A DNA stretch of 63,943 nt, counting the filler, from an uncultured bacterium (GTDB lineage Bacteria > Latescibacterota > UBA2968), in NCBI GenBank assembly GCA_964471275.1. It is 8 parts of 8 records of this genome, joined end to end, with 100 filler letters (N's around TTAATTAATTAA, not from the genome) between each part and the next. Parts side by side here need not be neighbours in the genome. Positions count along the whole stretch, not along the records: positions 8,721 to 17,327 come from CAYYGZ010000204.1; positions 17,428 to 25,912 come from CAYYGZ010000205.1; 6 more parts are not named here. One strand, given 5' to 3'. Below, piece after piece: positions 9,224-20,466 of this stretch. Every line of letters begins with the position of its first letter. Position 1 is the stretch's first letter. The notes below the pieces were generated by a model. The model ran no database searches. It saw nothing but the letters and a program-made list of their open reading frames with translations, and was not told the DNA's origin. The position numbers and the translations under genes are program-made.

Positions 9224-11187
9224 CGTGCTTCACCAAGACCCCAGTAGTCAGGAATCGCCAGACTGCAGTATGTTCGGCAGATCGCGTCAGCGACCTTGTT
9301 GGAGTCGTGGCTGATGAAGTCTCCCACGCCACGCTCCACGACATCCGGGCTGAACTCCTCGACGAAGTCCGCACGTGTCCAAGGCACCGTCTCATCCAAT
9401 CGGTTCGCGTCACAGGTGACGAGTGTCTTGCCGTCTTTCTCGTACTGCGAAAGCAGCGGGGACCAGGCTTGTCCCTTCGGGGAATCGAAGATGCGGGGGT
9501 CCTGGACAAGGACGTGGTCCAGAAACTCGGATCCCGCAGACCCGGGGAGATGTCGAAAGAGCGCCCTGACGTGGTCCGAAGCCTGGAATCCATCTGACTG
9601 CCCCGGCTGCGTCGTTATGTTGCAGACATAGAGCGTTTTGCCGCGATCCCGACTCACGAGGGCCTCCCTGATCTCTGGCACGAGAAGATTCGTGATTACA
9701 GAGGTGTATAGACTCCCCGGCCCGAGGATTACGAGGTCGGCGTTGCGGATTGCCTCGACGGCCTCCGAGGGCGCGCTGACCCGGTTCCGGTCGACATCAA
9801 AGGCTTTGTCCGGTCGACCGTGCACCTCGACCTGTCCCGTGTTCGGATCCACGACCCGCTTGAGAGCACCGTCCGGCTTCTCGAGTTCGGCGAGGATGTC
9901 GGCATTCCGCAGGAGATAGGCCTGCCCGAGGGCCGGCTTGCCGGGCTTGCGTACCATCCACTCCGTGTATCGTTGCTCGCCGTTCTCCAGTTCTGCACAG
10001 ATGTCGACGTTGTCCACCGATGAGGGCAGGATGGTGCCCTGGACGGCCAGCATATCGCTTGCGGTGCTGATGGCGTCTTGGAAGTTCCCTGTCTGTTGTG
10101 TGAGCGCAGCCACCAGGAAGTTGCCGATGTGGTCGTTCTTGAAGATGCCGGCCTTTTCCTCGTCGTTCGGGAAGCGGTGATGGAAGACCCGGTAGAGCCC
10201 GGGGGATACCGCACTCGGATCCGACAGAGCCGTGAGAGCGTTCCGGATATCACCGGGAGGCTGAACGCCGAGGTTCCATCGGATGCGCCCGGATGACGCG
10301 CCCGTGTCGGTGACGGCGACGACGGCCGTCGGAGATCGATCGTATGTGCGGATGCCCCGCAACACGGTGGGCAGCCCCGTTCCTCCGCCGATGACGACCG
10401 TGCGCAGGCTATCCTTGTCCTTCCCATTTCGCGCCATGTGGATCAACGTCGAAACCTGTGCAAGAAATCCGATGGTGAAATCCGGTCGGTCACCTTCGCC
10501 TGGTTCTACCTCACCAAACCGGCCACGTTTGAGCCATACGGTTGTCAGGCCGAGCGCGTTACCGGATCGAATCTCGTCCTGCGTTCGATCCCCGACGATC
10601 ACAACCTCGTCGGGGGCAAGATCGTATTCCTCAAGTATCTCGCTGATCCAGTAGTCGTGTGACGGGGGGCCTTCCTTGATGATGTGGTCGAAGTGTTTCG
10701 CGATCCCCAGCCGATCGATCTTGTTCTTCTGTCGAGAGGGCCGGCCGATGGTGAGGAGTATTAGCTTGCAGCCCACCGATTTCAGTTCTGCCAGCGTCTG
10801 GATCGCGTCAGGATAGGGTGTGATCGTTTCCACATCCTCCTGGTTGTACTCCTGCTCTAGGATCCGGACGAAGGTCTCGATGATATCGGTGTCGGTTTCG
10901 CGACGGCGTTTATTACGTCGTTTGAAGAATGCCTCGCAGTTGTCCGGCATCTCTTCGCACAATGTCTTTGCGATGTCGTAAAACGCGAAATAGTAGGGCG
11001 ATGACGAGTAGTACGGGCCGTGTCGTCGCTCGAGATCATTGATTCGCTGGTGGGCATCGGCTTCCGTCGAAAAGAAGCCGCTGCCGAACAGGAGTCTTGC
11101 CACCCTGCGCCGTGCTTCTAGGACGAGGGGGGCGAGGTCAAAGAGGGTTCCGTCGAGGTCGAAGATGACCGCTTTAGCCTTGTGCAT
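9220..11187 (-). CDS. HAD phosphatase-YvcK/GlmR (CofD-like, UPF0052) fusion protein
   Basis: N-terminal VIFDLDGTL...VGDRTQDEI; C-terminal VVIGGGTGL, VTDTGASSG, PPGDIRN, HIGNF, GPGSLYTSVITNL, YVCNITTQPGQSDG. Confidence 0.88.
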   Translation of the reverse strand: MHKAKAVIFDLDGTLFDLAPLVLEARRRVARLLFGSGFFSTEADAHQRINDLERRHGPYYSSSPYYFAFYDIAKTLCEEMPDNCEAFFKRRNKRRRETDTDIIETFVRILEQEYNQEDVETITPYPDAIQTLAELKSVGCKLILLTIGRPSRQKNKIDRLGIAKHFDHIIKEGPPSHDYWISEILEEYDLAPDEVVIVGDRTQDEIRSGNALGLTTVWLKRGRFGEVEPGEGDRPDFTIGFLAQVSTLIHMARNGKDKDSLRTVVIGGGTGLPTVLRGIRTYDRSPTAVVAVTDTGASSGRIRWNLGVQPPGDIRNALTALSDPSAVSPGLYRVFHHRFPNDEEKAGIFKNDHIGNFLVAALTQQTGNFQDAISTASDMLAVQGTILPSSVDNVDICAELENGEQRYTEWMVRKPGKPALGQAYLLRNADILAELEKPDGALKRVVDPNTGQVEVHGRPDKAFDVDRNRVSAPSEAVEAIRNADLVILGPGSLYTSVITNLLVPEIREALVSRDRGKTLYVCNITTQPGQSDGFQASDHVRALFRHLPGSAGSEFLDHVLVQDPRIFDSPKGQAWSPLLSQYEKDGKTLVTCDANRLDETVPWTRADFVEEFSPDVVERGVGDFISHDSNKVADAICRTYCSLAIPDYWGLGEAR

Positions 11188-11502
11188 GGAGTCCCGAATG
11201 GTGTAGGAAAAAAGAGAATGGGGTCGGGTTAATTTAGGATCCGAGACCCAAAAAGTAAACGTTCGGCCGGAAATCTGGGCACACGTGGTCGGCTGTGAAC
11301 CTTGACGGCATTTGGGATTTGCCCATCATTACTGGGAACCGTGAACTCCAGAGCCGGAACCATTGTGGCTGATGGCGCTGAAAATGTCACCGGAGTTTCG
11401 GCAGCTTAACCCTATAGGGTTAAGTAACTTCTGACACATCGGACAAGCTCGAGCGTGTTTGAGGTGCTCGATGAGCGATCTGAATGGGAGGCAGCGATTG
11501 TG

Positions 11503-11850
11503 ATGGCAGAGTATCCGGAAAAGACCTGTACGGTAGACCAACTCGTAACGAATGACCGTATGGTCGAATCGGCGTTGTCCGGACAGAAGGTGCAGCAGCG
11601 CAGAAACGGCGTTTACGCGTATCCTGGCGAACGGTTTGACCTCTCAGGCGTCCCGTTCGAGGTTACGAGCGTCGAGCAGCAGCGGCTGGGGGATATGACG
11701 GAGTCCGATGCGAGGAAGGAGGGTTTCCCCGACCTGGATACCTATCGATCGATCATTGTGAGGATGCACGGCGGGATGGAGTGGGATGTCGATCAGAAGG
11801 TGTGGCTCCATGAGTTCGCGAAGTGCACTGGCGAGTTAGGTCAGGGCTGA
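11503..11850 (+). CDS. ASCH domain-containing protein
   Basis: LSGQKVQQRR (GxKxxxxR) motif; LGDMTESDARKEGF; VWLHEF. Confidence 0.8.
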   Translation: MAEYPEKTCTVDQLVTNDRMVESALSGQKVQQRRNGVYAYPGERFDLSGVPFEVTSVEQQRLGDMTESDARKEGFPDLDTYRSIIVRMHGGMEWDVDQKVWLHEFAKCTGELGQG

Positions 11851-11942
11851 CGCGGATCCCACGATTGTCGAGAAATTCGGCACCTGGTTGTCCGTACACC
11901 TCGAACCGAAGTATAAATTTCCCAGTAAGTTAGGCTTATAGA

Positions 11943-11986
11943 TCACACAGTTGTGACTTGACACCCATCGTGTGGCCTTGTAGATT
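11943..11986 (+). promoter_or_regulatory. sigma70 promoter of the glycolytic operon with an adjacent dyad
   Basis: TTGACA (11958-63), 17 nt, TAGATT (11981-86); TCACA-cagt-TGTGA dyad at 11943-11956. Confidence 0.65.
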
Positions 11987-12096
11987 AGAAAGCTTGAATA
12001 ACGCCTGGTACGCAATCAGGCTGTGTTGTTTTGGTGTGTGGTGAGTATAAGTTAAGTTTATCGCTGGCCAGAATTTGTAGAAGGAGCGAGGTACCT

Positions 12097-14159
<2,063 letters not shown>

Positions 14160-14250
14160 CAGGCAGAGGCTAGAAGCAGACGGCAGAGGAGAAGCAAGAC
14201 GGCAAAGGCGAGAAGGCAGATCCTTTCGTGTCTTTCGAGGTAGGCTATTT

Positions 14251-15447
14251 GTGAACAAGCTGGCAATCACAGATCTGGAGTTGGCGGACAAGCGGGTTCT
14301 GGTCCGGGTCGACTTCAACGTGCCGTTGGACGGGACGACCGTGTTGGATGACACTCGGCTTCGTGCGTCATTGCCGACGATCCAGCACATCCTGGACGCT
14401 GGCGGTTTGCCGGTGCTGATGTCGCATCTCGGACGTCCCAAGGGTAAGCGGGTGTCAGAACTGTCGCTTGAGCCCGTCGGCAAGGCTCTGCAGACGCTTC
14501 TCGGGCGCGAGGTGGTTCACGTATCCGAGTCTGTGGGGGAGGAAGCCGTAGACGCTGTGAAGTCTGCCGAATCGGGAACCGTCATCCTTCTCGAGAACCT
14601 CCGTTTTCACAAGGAGGAGGAGGAGAACGCTCCTGCGTTCGCGATGCAGTTCGCCGATCTGGGGGGTGTGTATGCGAACGATGCTTTCGGTACCGCACAT
14701 CGTGCTCACGCCTCAACAGAAGGTGTGACACACTACTTCACGGAGTGCGCGGCCGGACTGCTGATGCAAAAGGAGCTCGATTATCTGGGTGGTGCGCTGG
14801 CAGATCCGACAGAACCCTTCACGGCCGTTATGGGTGGAGCAAAGGTCTCGGGCAAGATCGATGTGATCGAGCATTTGCTGCCGAAGGTGAATCGTCTTCT
14901 AATCGGTGGCGGCATGGCCTACACCTTCTTTAAGGTGATGGGGCTGGAGATCGGGAACTCTCTGCTCGAAGAAGATCGTACGGGCGTGGCGGAAGAAGTT
15001 CTGAAGAAAGCCGAGGAAGCCGGCGTGCAGCTCGAGTTGCCCGTGGACTGTGTTGTGGCGGCTGCGCTGGGTGAAGATGTGTCGACGACCGTTGTGCCGA
15101 AGGATGCGATTCCTGCCGATCAGGAAGCCGCCGACATAGGCCCGGAAACACGTGGGCTGTTCGGCAGTCTGATCGCTTCCTCGAAGACGGTCGTGTGGAA
15201 CGGTCCACTCGGTGTGTATGAGATGACACCGTTCAGCGCTGGAACCAAGGCTGTGGCTGAAGCACTGGCCCAGGCGACCGACAATGGTGCGACGACAATC
15301 GTGGGTGGGGGTGAGACGGCGGCCGCCGTAGCAGACCTGAACCTGGCGGGTCGTATCAGTCACGTGTCGACCGGTGGGGGGGCCTCTCTCGAGTTTCTCG
15401 AGGGCAAGGATCTGCCCGGGGTCGTCGCTTTGTCAGACAAAGCATAA
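14251..15447 (+). CDS. pgk: Phosphoglycerate kinase
   Basis: RVDFNVP, SHLGRP, LENLRF, DAFGTAHRAHAS, STGGGASLEFLEG; GTG start. Confidence 0.98.
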   Translation: MNKLAITDLELADKRVLVRVDFNVPLDGTTVLDDTRLRASLPTIQHILDAGGLPVLMSHLGRPKGKRVSELSLEPVGKALQTLLGREVVHVSESVGEEAVDAVKSAESGTVILLENLRFHKEEEENAPAFAMQFADLGGVYANDAFGTAHRAHASTEGVTHYFTECAAGLLMQKELDYLGGALADPTEPFTAVMGGAKVSGKIDVIEHLLPKVNRLLIGGGMAYTFFKVMGLEIGNSLLEEDRTGVAEEVLKKAEEAGVQLELPVDCVVAAALGEDVSTTVVPKDAIPADQEAADIGPETRGLFGSLIASSKTVVWNGPLGVYEMTPFSAGTKAVAEALAQATDNGATTIVGGGETAAAVADLNLAGRISHVSTGGGASLEFLEGKDLPGVVALSDKA

Positions 15448-15461
15448 GCGGAGGAGTGGGT

Positions 15462-16226
15462 ATGGGAGCACGCAGGCCGATCGTAGCCGGTAATTGGAAA
15501 CTGAACAAGACCTCCGACGAGGCCGAGCGTCTCGCCGGCGAGGTTGTCGCCGCAGTGGATGGGGTGGATGGGGTGGATGTGGTCGTCTGTCCGACGTATA
15601 CGGCGCTGGAACGCGTGTCGGGTGTCGTCAAGGATACACCCGTAGGACTGGGCGCGCAGAACGTCTACTGGGAGGCCGAGGGCGCCTTTACGGGCGAGAT
15701 CTCAACGGCCATGCTGTTGACTTGCGGTTGCAGTCACGTTATATTGGGGCACTCTGAACGTCGGCAGTTTTTCGGTGAGACCGACGCGACTGTAAATCGG
15801 CGGGTGAAAGCGGCTCTCGAGGCTGCACTCTCGCCGATTGTCTGTGTTGGAGAGACACAGGAGCAGCGCGAATCGGGCATTACCGAGGACGTCGTGAAGA
15901 CACAGGTGACGGGCAGTCTCGATGGTTTGTCCTCTGAAGAAGTCGCCAAGCTGGTGGTCGCGTACGAGCCCGTCTGGGCAATCGGCACGGGACTCACGGC
16001 GACTCCTGAGCAGGCTGAAGACGTTCACGCCCTGATCCGCGCGGTTCTGGCCGAAGGGTTCGGGCAAGAGGTAGCCGACGGTGTCCGGCTTCAGTATGGC
16101 GGATCCGTCAAACCGGATAACGCGGCTGTTCTGTTCTCGCAGCCCAACATCGACGGTGGTCTGATCGGTGGTGCGGCGTTGGATGCAGAGTCCTTCGCTG
16201 CCGTGGTCAAAGGCGCTGTCGCTTAG
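15462..16226 (+). CDS. tpiA: Triosephosphate isomerase
   Basis: AGNWK, GHSERR, AYEPVWAIGTG, YGGSVK. Confidence 0.98.
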   Translation: MGARRPIVAGNWKLNKTSDEAERLAGEVVAAVDGVDGVDVVVCPTYTALERVSGVVKDTPVGLGAQNVYWEAEGAFTGEISTAMLLTCGCSHVILGHSERRQFFGETDATVNRRVKAALEAALSPIVCVGETQEQRESGITEDVVKTQVTGSLDGLSSEEVAKLVVAYEPVWAIGTGLTATPEQAEDVHALIRAVLAEGFGQEVADGVRLQYGGSVKPDNAAVLFSQPNIDGGLIGGAALDAESFAAVVKGAVA

Positions 16227-16342
16227 GGCGTTGCACGGGTATGACTGAGGAATTCCGTCGGTCATAGGGCTGGAAGAGCAAGATTCCAAGCGGACACAGC
16301 TCGTCACTCACTTCGTGACGAGCCCTAACCTCGGACACAGAA

Positions 16343-16750
16343 ATGTATATCGCACTTCTCGTCATTCACGTCCTCATCTGTCTTGTCATGATTGGCAGTA
16401 TTCTGATGCAAGCGGGTAAGGGGGGTGGTCTAGCAGGAGGCGCCTTCGGTGGAGGCGCGGTGGGTGGTGGTGGCGGCAGCCAGCTCTTTGGCGGCGGCGG
16501 CGGCGGCGCTGCATCCTTCCTGACAAAAGTGACTGCCTACGCGGCGCTCGCGTTCTTCCTGACCTGTATCGGTCTCTGGTTTACGGCACGCAGCGCGAAC
16601 CCGATTCCTGAGAGTGCGGCGGAACGGATGCTGCGTGAACAGCAGACACCGATACCGCTGACGCAGCCGGCACTGGTTCCGACGAGCACGCTTCCGGGTG
16701 TGGAGACGGCTCCGGCAGCAACAGAAACGGCGACAGGCTCAGCGAAGTAA
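16343..16750 (+). CDS. secG: Preprotein translocase subunit SecG
   Basis: Two TM helices separated by a Gly-rich loop (LMQAGKGGGL...FLTKVT); conserved tpiA-secG-tRNA-Leu order. Confidence 0.92.
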   Translation: MYIALLVIHVLICLVMIGSILMQAGKGGGLAGGAFGGGAVGGGGGSQLFGGGGGGAASFLTKVTAYAALAFFLTCIGLWFTARSANPIPESAAERMLREQQTPIPLTQPALVPTSTLPGVETAPAATETATGSAK

Positions 16751-16797
16751 GAAGCACTTCGAGCGAAGTAGAGAGTTTGAAGTCAGATCAGAAGAAT

Positions 16798-16884
16798 GCC
16801 CAAGTGGTGGAATTGGTAGACACGCTACGTTGAGGGCGTAGTGGTCGTTAGGCCGTGCTGGTTCGAGTCCAGTCTTGGGCACCA
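16798..16884 (+). tRNA. tRNA-Leu (anticodon GAG)
   Basis: GCCCAAG/CTTGGGC acceptor stem, GGAATTGGTAGAC D-loop, CTACG-TTGAGGG-CGTAG anticodon arm, long variable arm, GTTCGAGTC T-loop, encoded CCA. Confidence 0.97.
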
Positions 16885-16899
16885 AAAAAGACAGTATGT

Positions 16900-16939
16900 A
16901 AAGGGGTTTGCGTCGATTGAGGCGTAAGCCCCTTTTTTT
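16900..16939 (+). terminator. Hairpin plus T tract after tRNA
   Basis: AAAGGGGTTTGCGTC...GGCGTAAGCCCCTTTTTTT. Confidence 0.7.
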
Positions 16940-17008
16940 GTTTTGGAGGCAAAACGCACCAAAATGACTACGCCGTAGGCAGAATGTAGACACTTTGGGG
17001 AGGTAGTC

Positions 17009-17327
17009 ATGTCAGTGCGAAAGTCTGCGGAAGGGTGGAGAGTTGATTTCTATGTCGGGGGGCGTGGTGGGAGGCGGGTGAGGAAGGTCTTCCCGACAAA
17101 GGAGTTGGCGGAAGCAAAAGAACGAGAGTGGAAGCTTCGGGAGTTTCAGGGGGATGTTGTCCAGGTGAGGGAGGACGTTCTTCTTTTTGAGTTTATTGAG
17201 CGGTATCTCGAACTCTATAGTCCTGGCAAGACAGAGAAGACACGGAAGTTGGACGGTTACATCCTGGAGCACATCAAGACATACTTTGGAAACAGGACGC
17301 TACGGAGCATCAATGCGGAGGATGTCG
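17009..17327 (+). mobile_element. Tyrosine recombinase/phage integrase N-terminus (truncated by contig end); likely left end of an element integrated at tRNA-Leu
   Basis: WRVDFY.GGRGGRRVRKVFPTKELAE arm-binding motif followed by SAM-like core-binding helices (FIERYLE...FGNRTLRSI); GGAGG RBS; 125 bp after the tRNA. Confidence 0.75.
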
Positions 17328-17427
17328 NNNNNNNNNNNNNNNNNNNNNNNNNNNNNNNNNNNNNNNNNNNNTTAATTAATTAANNNNNNNNNNNNNNNNN
17401 NNNNNNNNNNNNNNNNNNNNNNNNNNN

Positions 17428-18065
17428 TCGACGTCGAGCTGATCGTGCAATTCCGGATCAGCAACCTGGAAGATTACCTGTTCAACGTGGCCGGCCAGGC
17501 GGAAGCCGTACGTGGTGTGGCCGAGTCTGCGCTGCGACAGGTTGTGGGGAGACACTCGATCGATCAGGCACTCACGGAAGGTAAGCTGCTTATCCAGACG
17601 AAGATCGAGGAGGAGATCCGTTCGGTCTTTGAGCTCTACGGGATGGGCGTTCGACTTGAGAATGTGAAGCTGCAGGCCGTTTCGGTCCCACGCGAAGTCG
17701 ACCCGGCCTTCAAGGACGTGGCCAGCGCGCGCGAGGATCGTGAGCGACTCCGGAACGAAGCCGAGGCCTATCGCAATGAAATCATCCCGAAGGCACGAGG
17801 TGAAGCCGAGAAGCAGATTCGCGGTGCTGAGGCGTATAAGGTGGAACGCGTCAAACGTTCGCAGGGAGATGCCGATCGTTTCCTTACTGTGCTGAAGGAG
17901 TATCGCAAAGCCAGGGAGGTCACGGAGAAACGACTTTATCTCGAGACGATGGAGAAGATCTTGCCAGGTATCCAAAAGTATGTCGTTCAGTCTGACGGGA
18001 AGGGCGGGCTCTTGAATGTCCTGAACCTGCCGAGTCAGTCTGCGGGAGGAGGGAACGCCAAGTGA
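17428..18065 (+). CDS. hflK: FtsH protease modulator HflK (5' truncated)
   Basis: AESALRQVVG, AFKDVASARED, EAEAYRNEIIPKARG, RLYLETME. Confidence 0.95.
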
Positions 18066-18919
18066 AAACACTCGTCACCATTCTCGTCGTTCTGGTTCTG
18101 TTCGGTGTGATTGCCGACGCGGTTTGCTTTGTCGTGGATGAACGTGAACAGGTCGTGGTCACACGGTTGGGTGAGCCCAAACGTGAGATCAGGGATCCTG
18201 GGCTCTACTGGAAAGCTCCCTTTCTCGAGCAGGTGCATACGTTCGACAACAGACTGCTCTTCAGCGATGCAGAACCGGCTCCGATCTACACGCAAGACAA
18301 GAAGAATCTGATTGTCGACAACTTTGCGCGGTGGAAGATTGTAAGTCCGCTGAAGTTTATGCGATCGGTCCAGACCATTTTTGGCGCGCAGTCCCGTCTT
18401 GACGATATCATCTACGCGGCGGTTCGTGAAGAGCTCGGGAAGCGGTCGCTGGAGGAAATCGTGAGCGGCGACCGGAATGAGATCATGGGCGGTGTTACGG
18501 CCCGATCACGCGAGGATGCAGCGGATCTGGGTATCGAAGTTGTGGACGTCCGAATCAAGCGCGCCGATCTGCCGGAAGAGAACAAGAAGAACGTCTTTGA
18601 TCGAATGCGCGCCGAGCGTGCACGAAAGGCGAAGGAGTATCGTGCCGAGGGTGAGGAAGCGGCGCTTGTGATCAAAGCGGATACCGATCTCGAAGTGACG
18701 CGCATCAAGTCAGGCGCTTTTCAGAAAGCCCAGCTGATCCGTGGTGAGGGGGATGCAGAGGCGCTCGGAATCTACGCGGATGCGTTCCAGCAGGACCCGA
18801 AGTTCTATGAGTTCCAGAGGACACTCGAGGCCTATGAGAAAACCCTGGGACAGGGCACGACGGTTGTTGTACCGCTCAACACCGAGTTTTTCAAGTATCT
18901 GGGAACGAGCAAGCAGTAG
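18062..18919 (+). CDS. hflC: FtsH protease modulator HflC
   Basis: N-terminal TM; DKKNLIVD, DVRIKRADLP, RMRAER, FYEFQRTLEAY. Confidence 0.95.
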   Translation: MKTLVTILVVLVLFGVIADAVCFVVDEREQVVVTRLGEPKREIRDPGLYWKAPFLEQVHTFDNRLLFSDAEPAPIYTQDKKNLIVDNFARWKIVSPLKFMRSVQTIFGAQSRLDDIIYAAVREELGKRSLEEIVSGDRNEIMGGVTARSREDAADLGIEVVDVRIKRADLPEENKKNVFDRMRAERARKAKEYRAEGEEAALVIKADTDLEVTRIKSGAFQKAQLIRGEGDAEALGIYADAFQQDPKFYEFQRTLEAYEKTLGQGTTVVVPLNTEFFKYLGTSKQ

Positions 18920-19862
18920 CATCGCTGGCGCCGCTCTTTTTCTCCTACTTCCTGCGACGGTTGTGCAGGGAGGTGAGGATAAGCGGTGGTCCCGGGTCAC
19001 TGTGGAGGGTTTGACATTGGCGGTTCCGGCCGCCGAGGCCTTGTCGGATTCCGCTCTGATCGACGGGTTGATTGCTGCGAGGCGAGAGGTCTCGCAGCTG
19101 CTGGGAGATGAATCTCTACCGGATGTGCTGGTGTATGTCGTCCGGTCAGAGCGTGATTTCAAGACACTCACACGGAATCGCATTCCCCATTGGGGCATCG
19201 GTGTCGCCTACCCCCACGCGATGACGATCGTCCTCAGACGCCGTGCAGGTCAGGCAGGATCGCTCCTGCAGACGGCGCGGCACGAGTTCTCACACCTCCT
19301 CCTTCATCAGGCAGTCGGTTCCTTCAATAACCGGATTCCGGTCTGGTTCAACGAGGGTGTTTCCATGTGGGCCGCCCGCGAGTGGCGTGTTCGGCAGAGC
19401 TTCGATGTTGCCGTTGCGGCCCTTCGCGAGGGTCTGATCCCGCTTGGTGATATCGATTCCGTCCTGAGCTTCGGTTCGGCTCGCGCAAATCTTGCATACG
19501 ACCAGAGCTATCTTGCGGTTCTCCTCATTGTCTCTCGTGGCGGAGAAGGCGCACTTCAGGACCTTATCTCCCAGCTTCGCGACGGTATGTCTTTTGACAC
19601 GGCGTTGTTCCAAATCACCGGGATGTCTTCGGCGGAGTTCGAATCCACGTATGAGGCGTTTGTGGCCAGGCGGTTCGGTCTGCAGGCACTTGTGACGTCC
19701 GAAGAAGCACTCTGGCTGTATATCGTTGTACTCGTTGGTGCTGTCTGGATAGGTGTCCAGCTCCGAAATCGCAGGACCGTCGCCCAATGGGAGGAAGAGG
19801 ACCCACTTGAGGGGCTTCCCCTTCGATTGCGGACGAAGATCAACCGGGAGAGAGAACTGTGA
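18834..19862 (+). CDS. Peptidase MA-family metallohydrolase with C-terminal TM anchor
   Basis: HEFSH zinc motif, PVWFNEG, AYDQS; hydrophobic N- and C-terminal segments; start uncertain. Confidence 0.8.
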   Translation: MRKPWDRARRLLYRSTPSFSSIWERASSSIAGAALFLLLPATVVQGGEDKRWSRVTVEGLTLAVPAAEALSDSALIDGLIAARREVSQLLGDESLPDVLVYVVRSERDFKTLTRNRIPHWGIGVAYPHAMTIVLRRRAGQAGSLLQTARHEFSHLLLHQAVGSFNNRIPVWFNEGVSMWAAREWRVRQSFDVAVAALREGLIPLGDIDSVLSFGSARANLAYDQSYLAVLLIVSRGGEGALQDLISQLRDGMSFDTALFQITGMSSAEFESTYEAFVARRFGLQALVTSEEALWLYIVVLVGAVWIGVQLRNRRTVAQWEEEDPLEGLPLRLRTKINREREL

Positions 19863-20455
19863 CGATCGGCGTGACGGGGGGGATCGGTTCCGGCAAGAGC
19901 ACGGTTTGCGAGCTGTTCGGCCGTTGGGGTGCCCATCTGATCGATGCAGACAGGGTCGGACACGAAGTTCTGGATGACCCCCGGATAAGCGAATTGCTTT
20001 GCGAAGCATTTGGTGCCGATATCGTGCAGTCGGACGGTTCTCTCGACCGGAGAGTGTTGGGGCAAAGGGCCTTCTCATCCGACGAGATGCGCAGGCAACT
20101 GACGGACATTGTCTGGCTCGAGATTGGCAGACGGCTGCGGGAATCAGTGGCGGTTGCGAGGGATGTCGGTCAGGAGATGCTGGTCATCGAGGCGTCTTTG
20201 CTCTTTGAGCGAGGGGATCCGGAAGGTCTGTATGAAACCATTGTGGTCGTGACGGCACCCGAGGCTGTGCGGATCGAGCGGACAAAGAAGCGTCTGCGAA
20301 TCAGCGAGGAAGAAGTGAGAAGTCGGATGCGGTATCAGATGCCGGAAGACGAGAAGATCAAGCGCGCCGATCACGTGATCGTGAATGACACGGGCACCGA
20401 TGTGCTTGAGTCACGATCGCGCGAGGTCTGGCTGCACTTGACTGCCGAAGGGTAG
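19859..20455 (+). CDS. coaE: Dephospho-CoA kinase
   Basis: IGVTGGIGSGKSTV, IDAD, LDRRVLG, ADHVIVN. Confidence 0.95.
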   Translation: MTIGVTGGIGSGKSTVCELFGRWGAHLIDADRVGHEVLDDPRISELLCEAFGADIVQSDGSLDRRVLGQRAFSSDEMRRQLTDIVWLEIGRRLRESVAVARDVGQEMLVIEASLLFERGDPEGLYETIVVVTAPEAVRIERTKKRLRISEEEVRSRMRYQMPEDEKIKRADHVIVNDTGTDVLESRSREVWLHLTAEG

Positions 20456-20466
20456 AAGGAGCAAGC

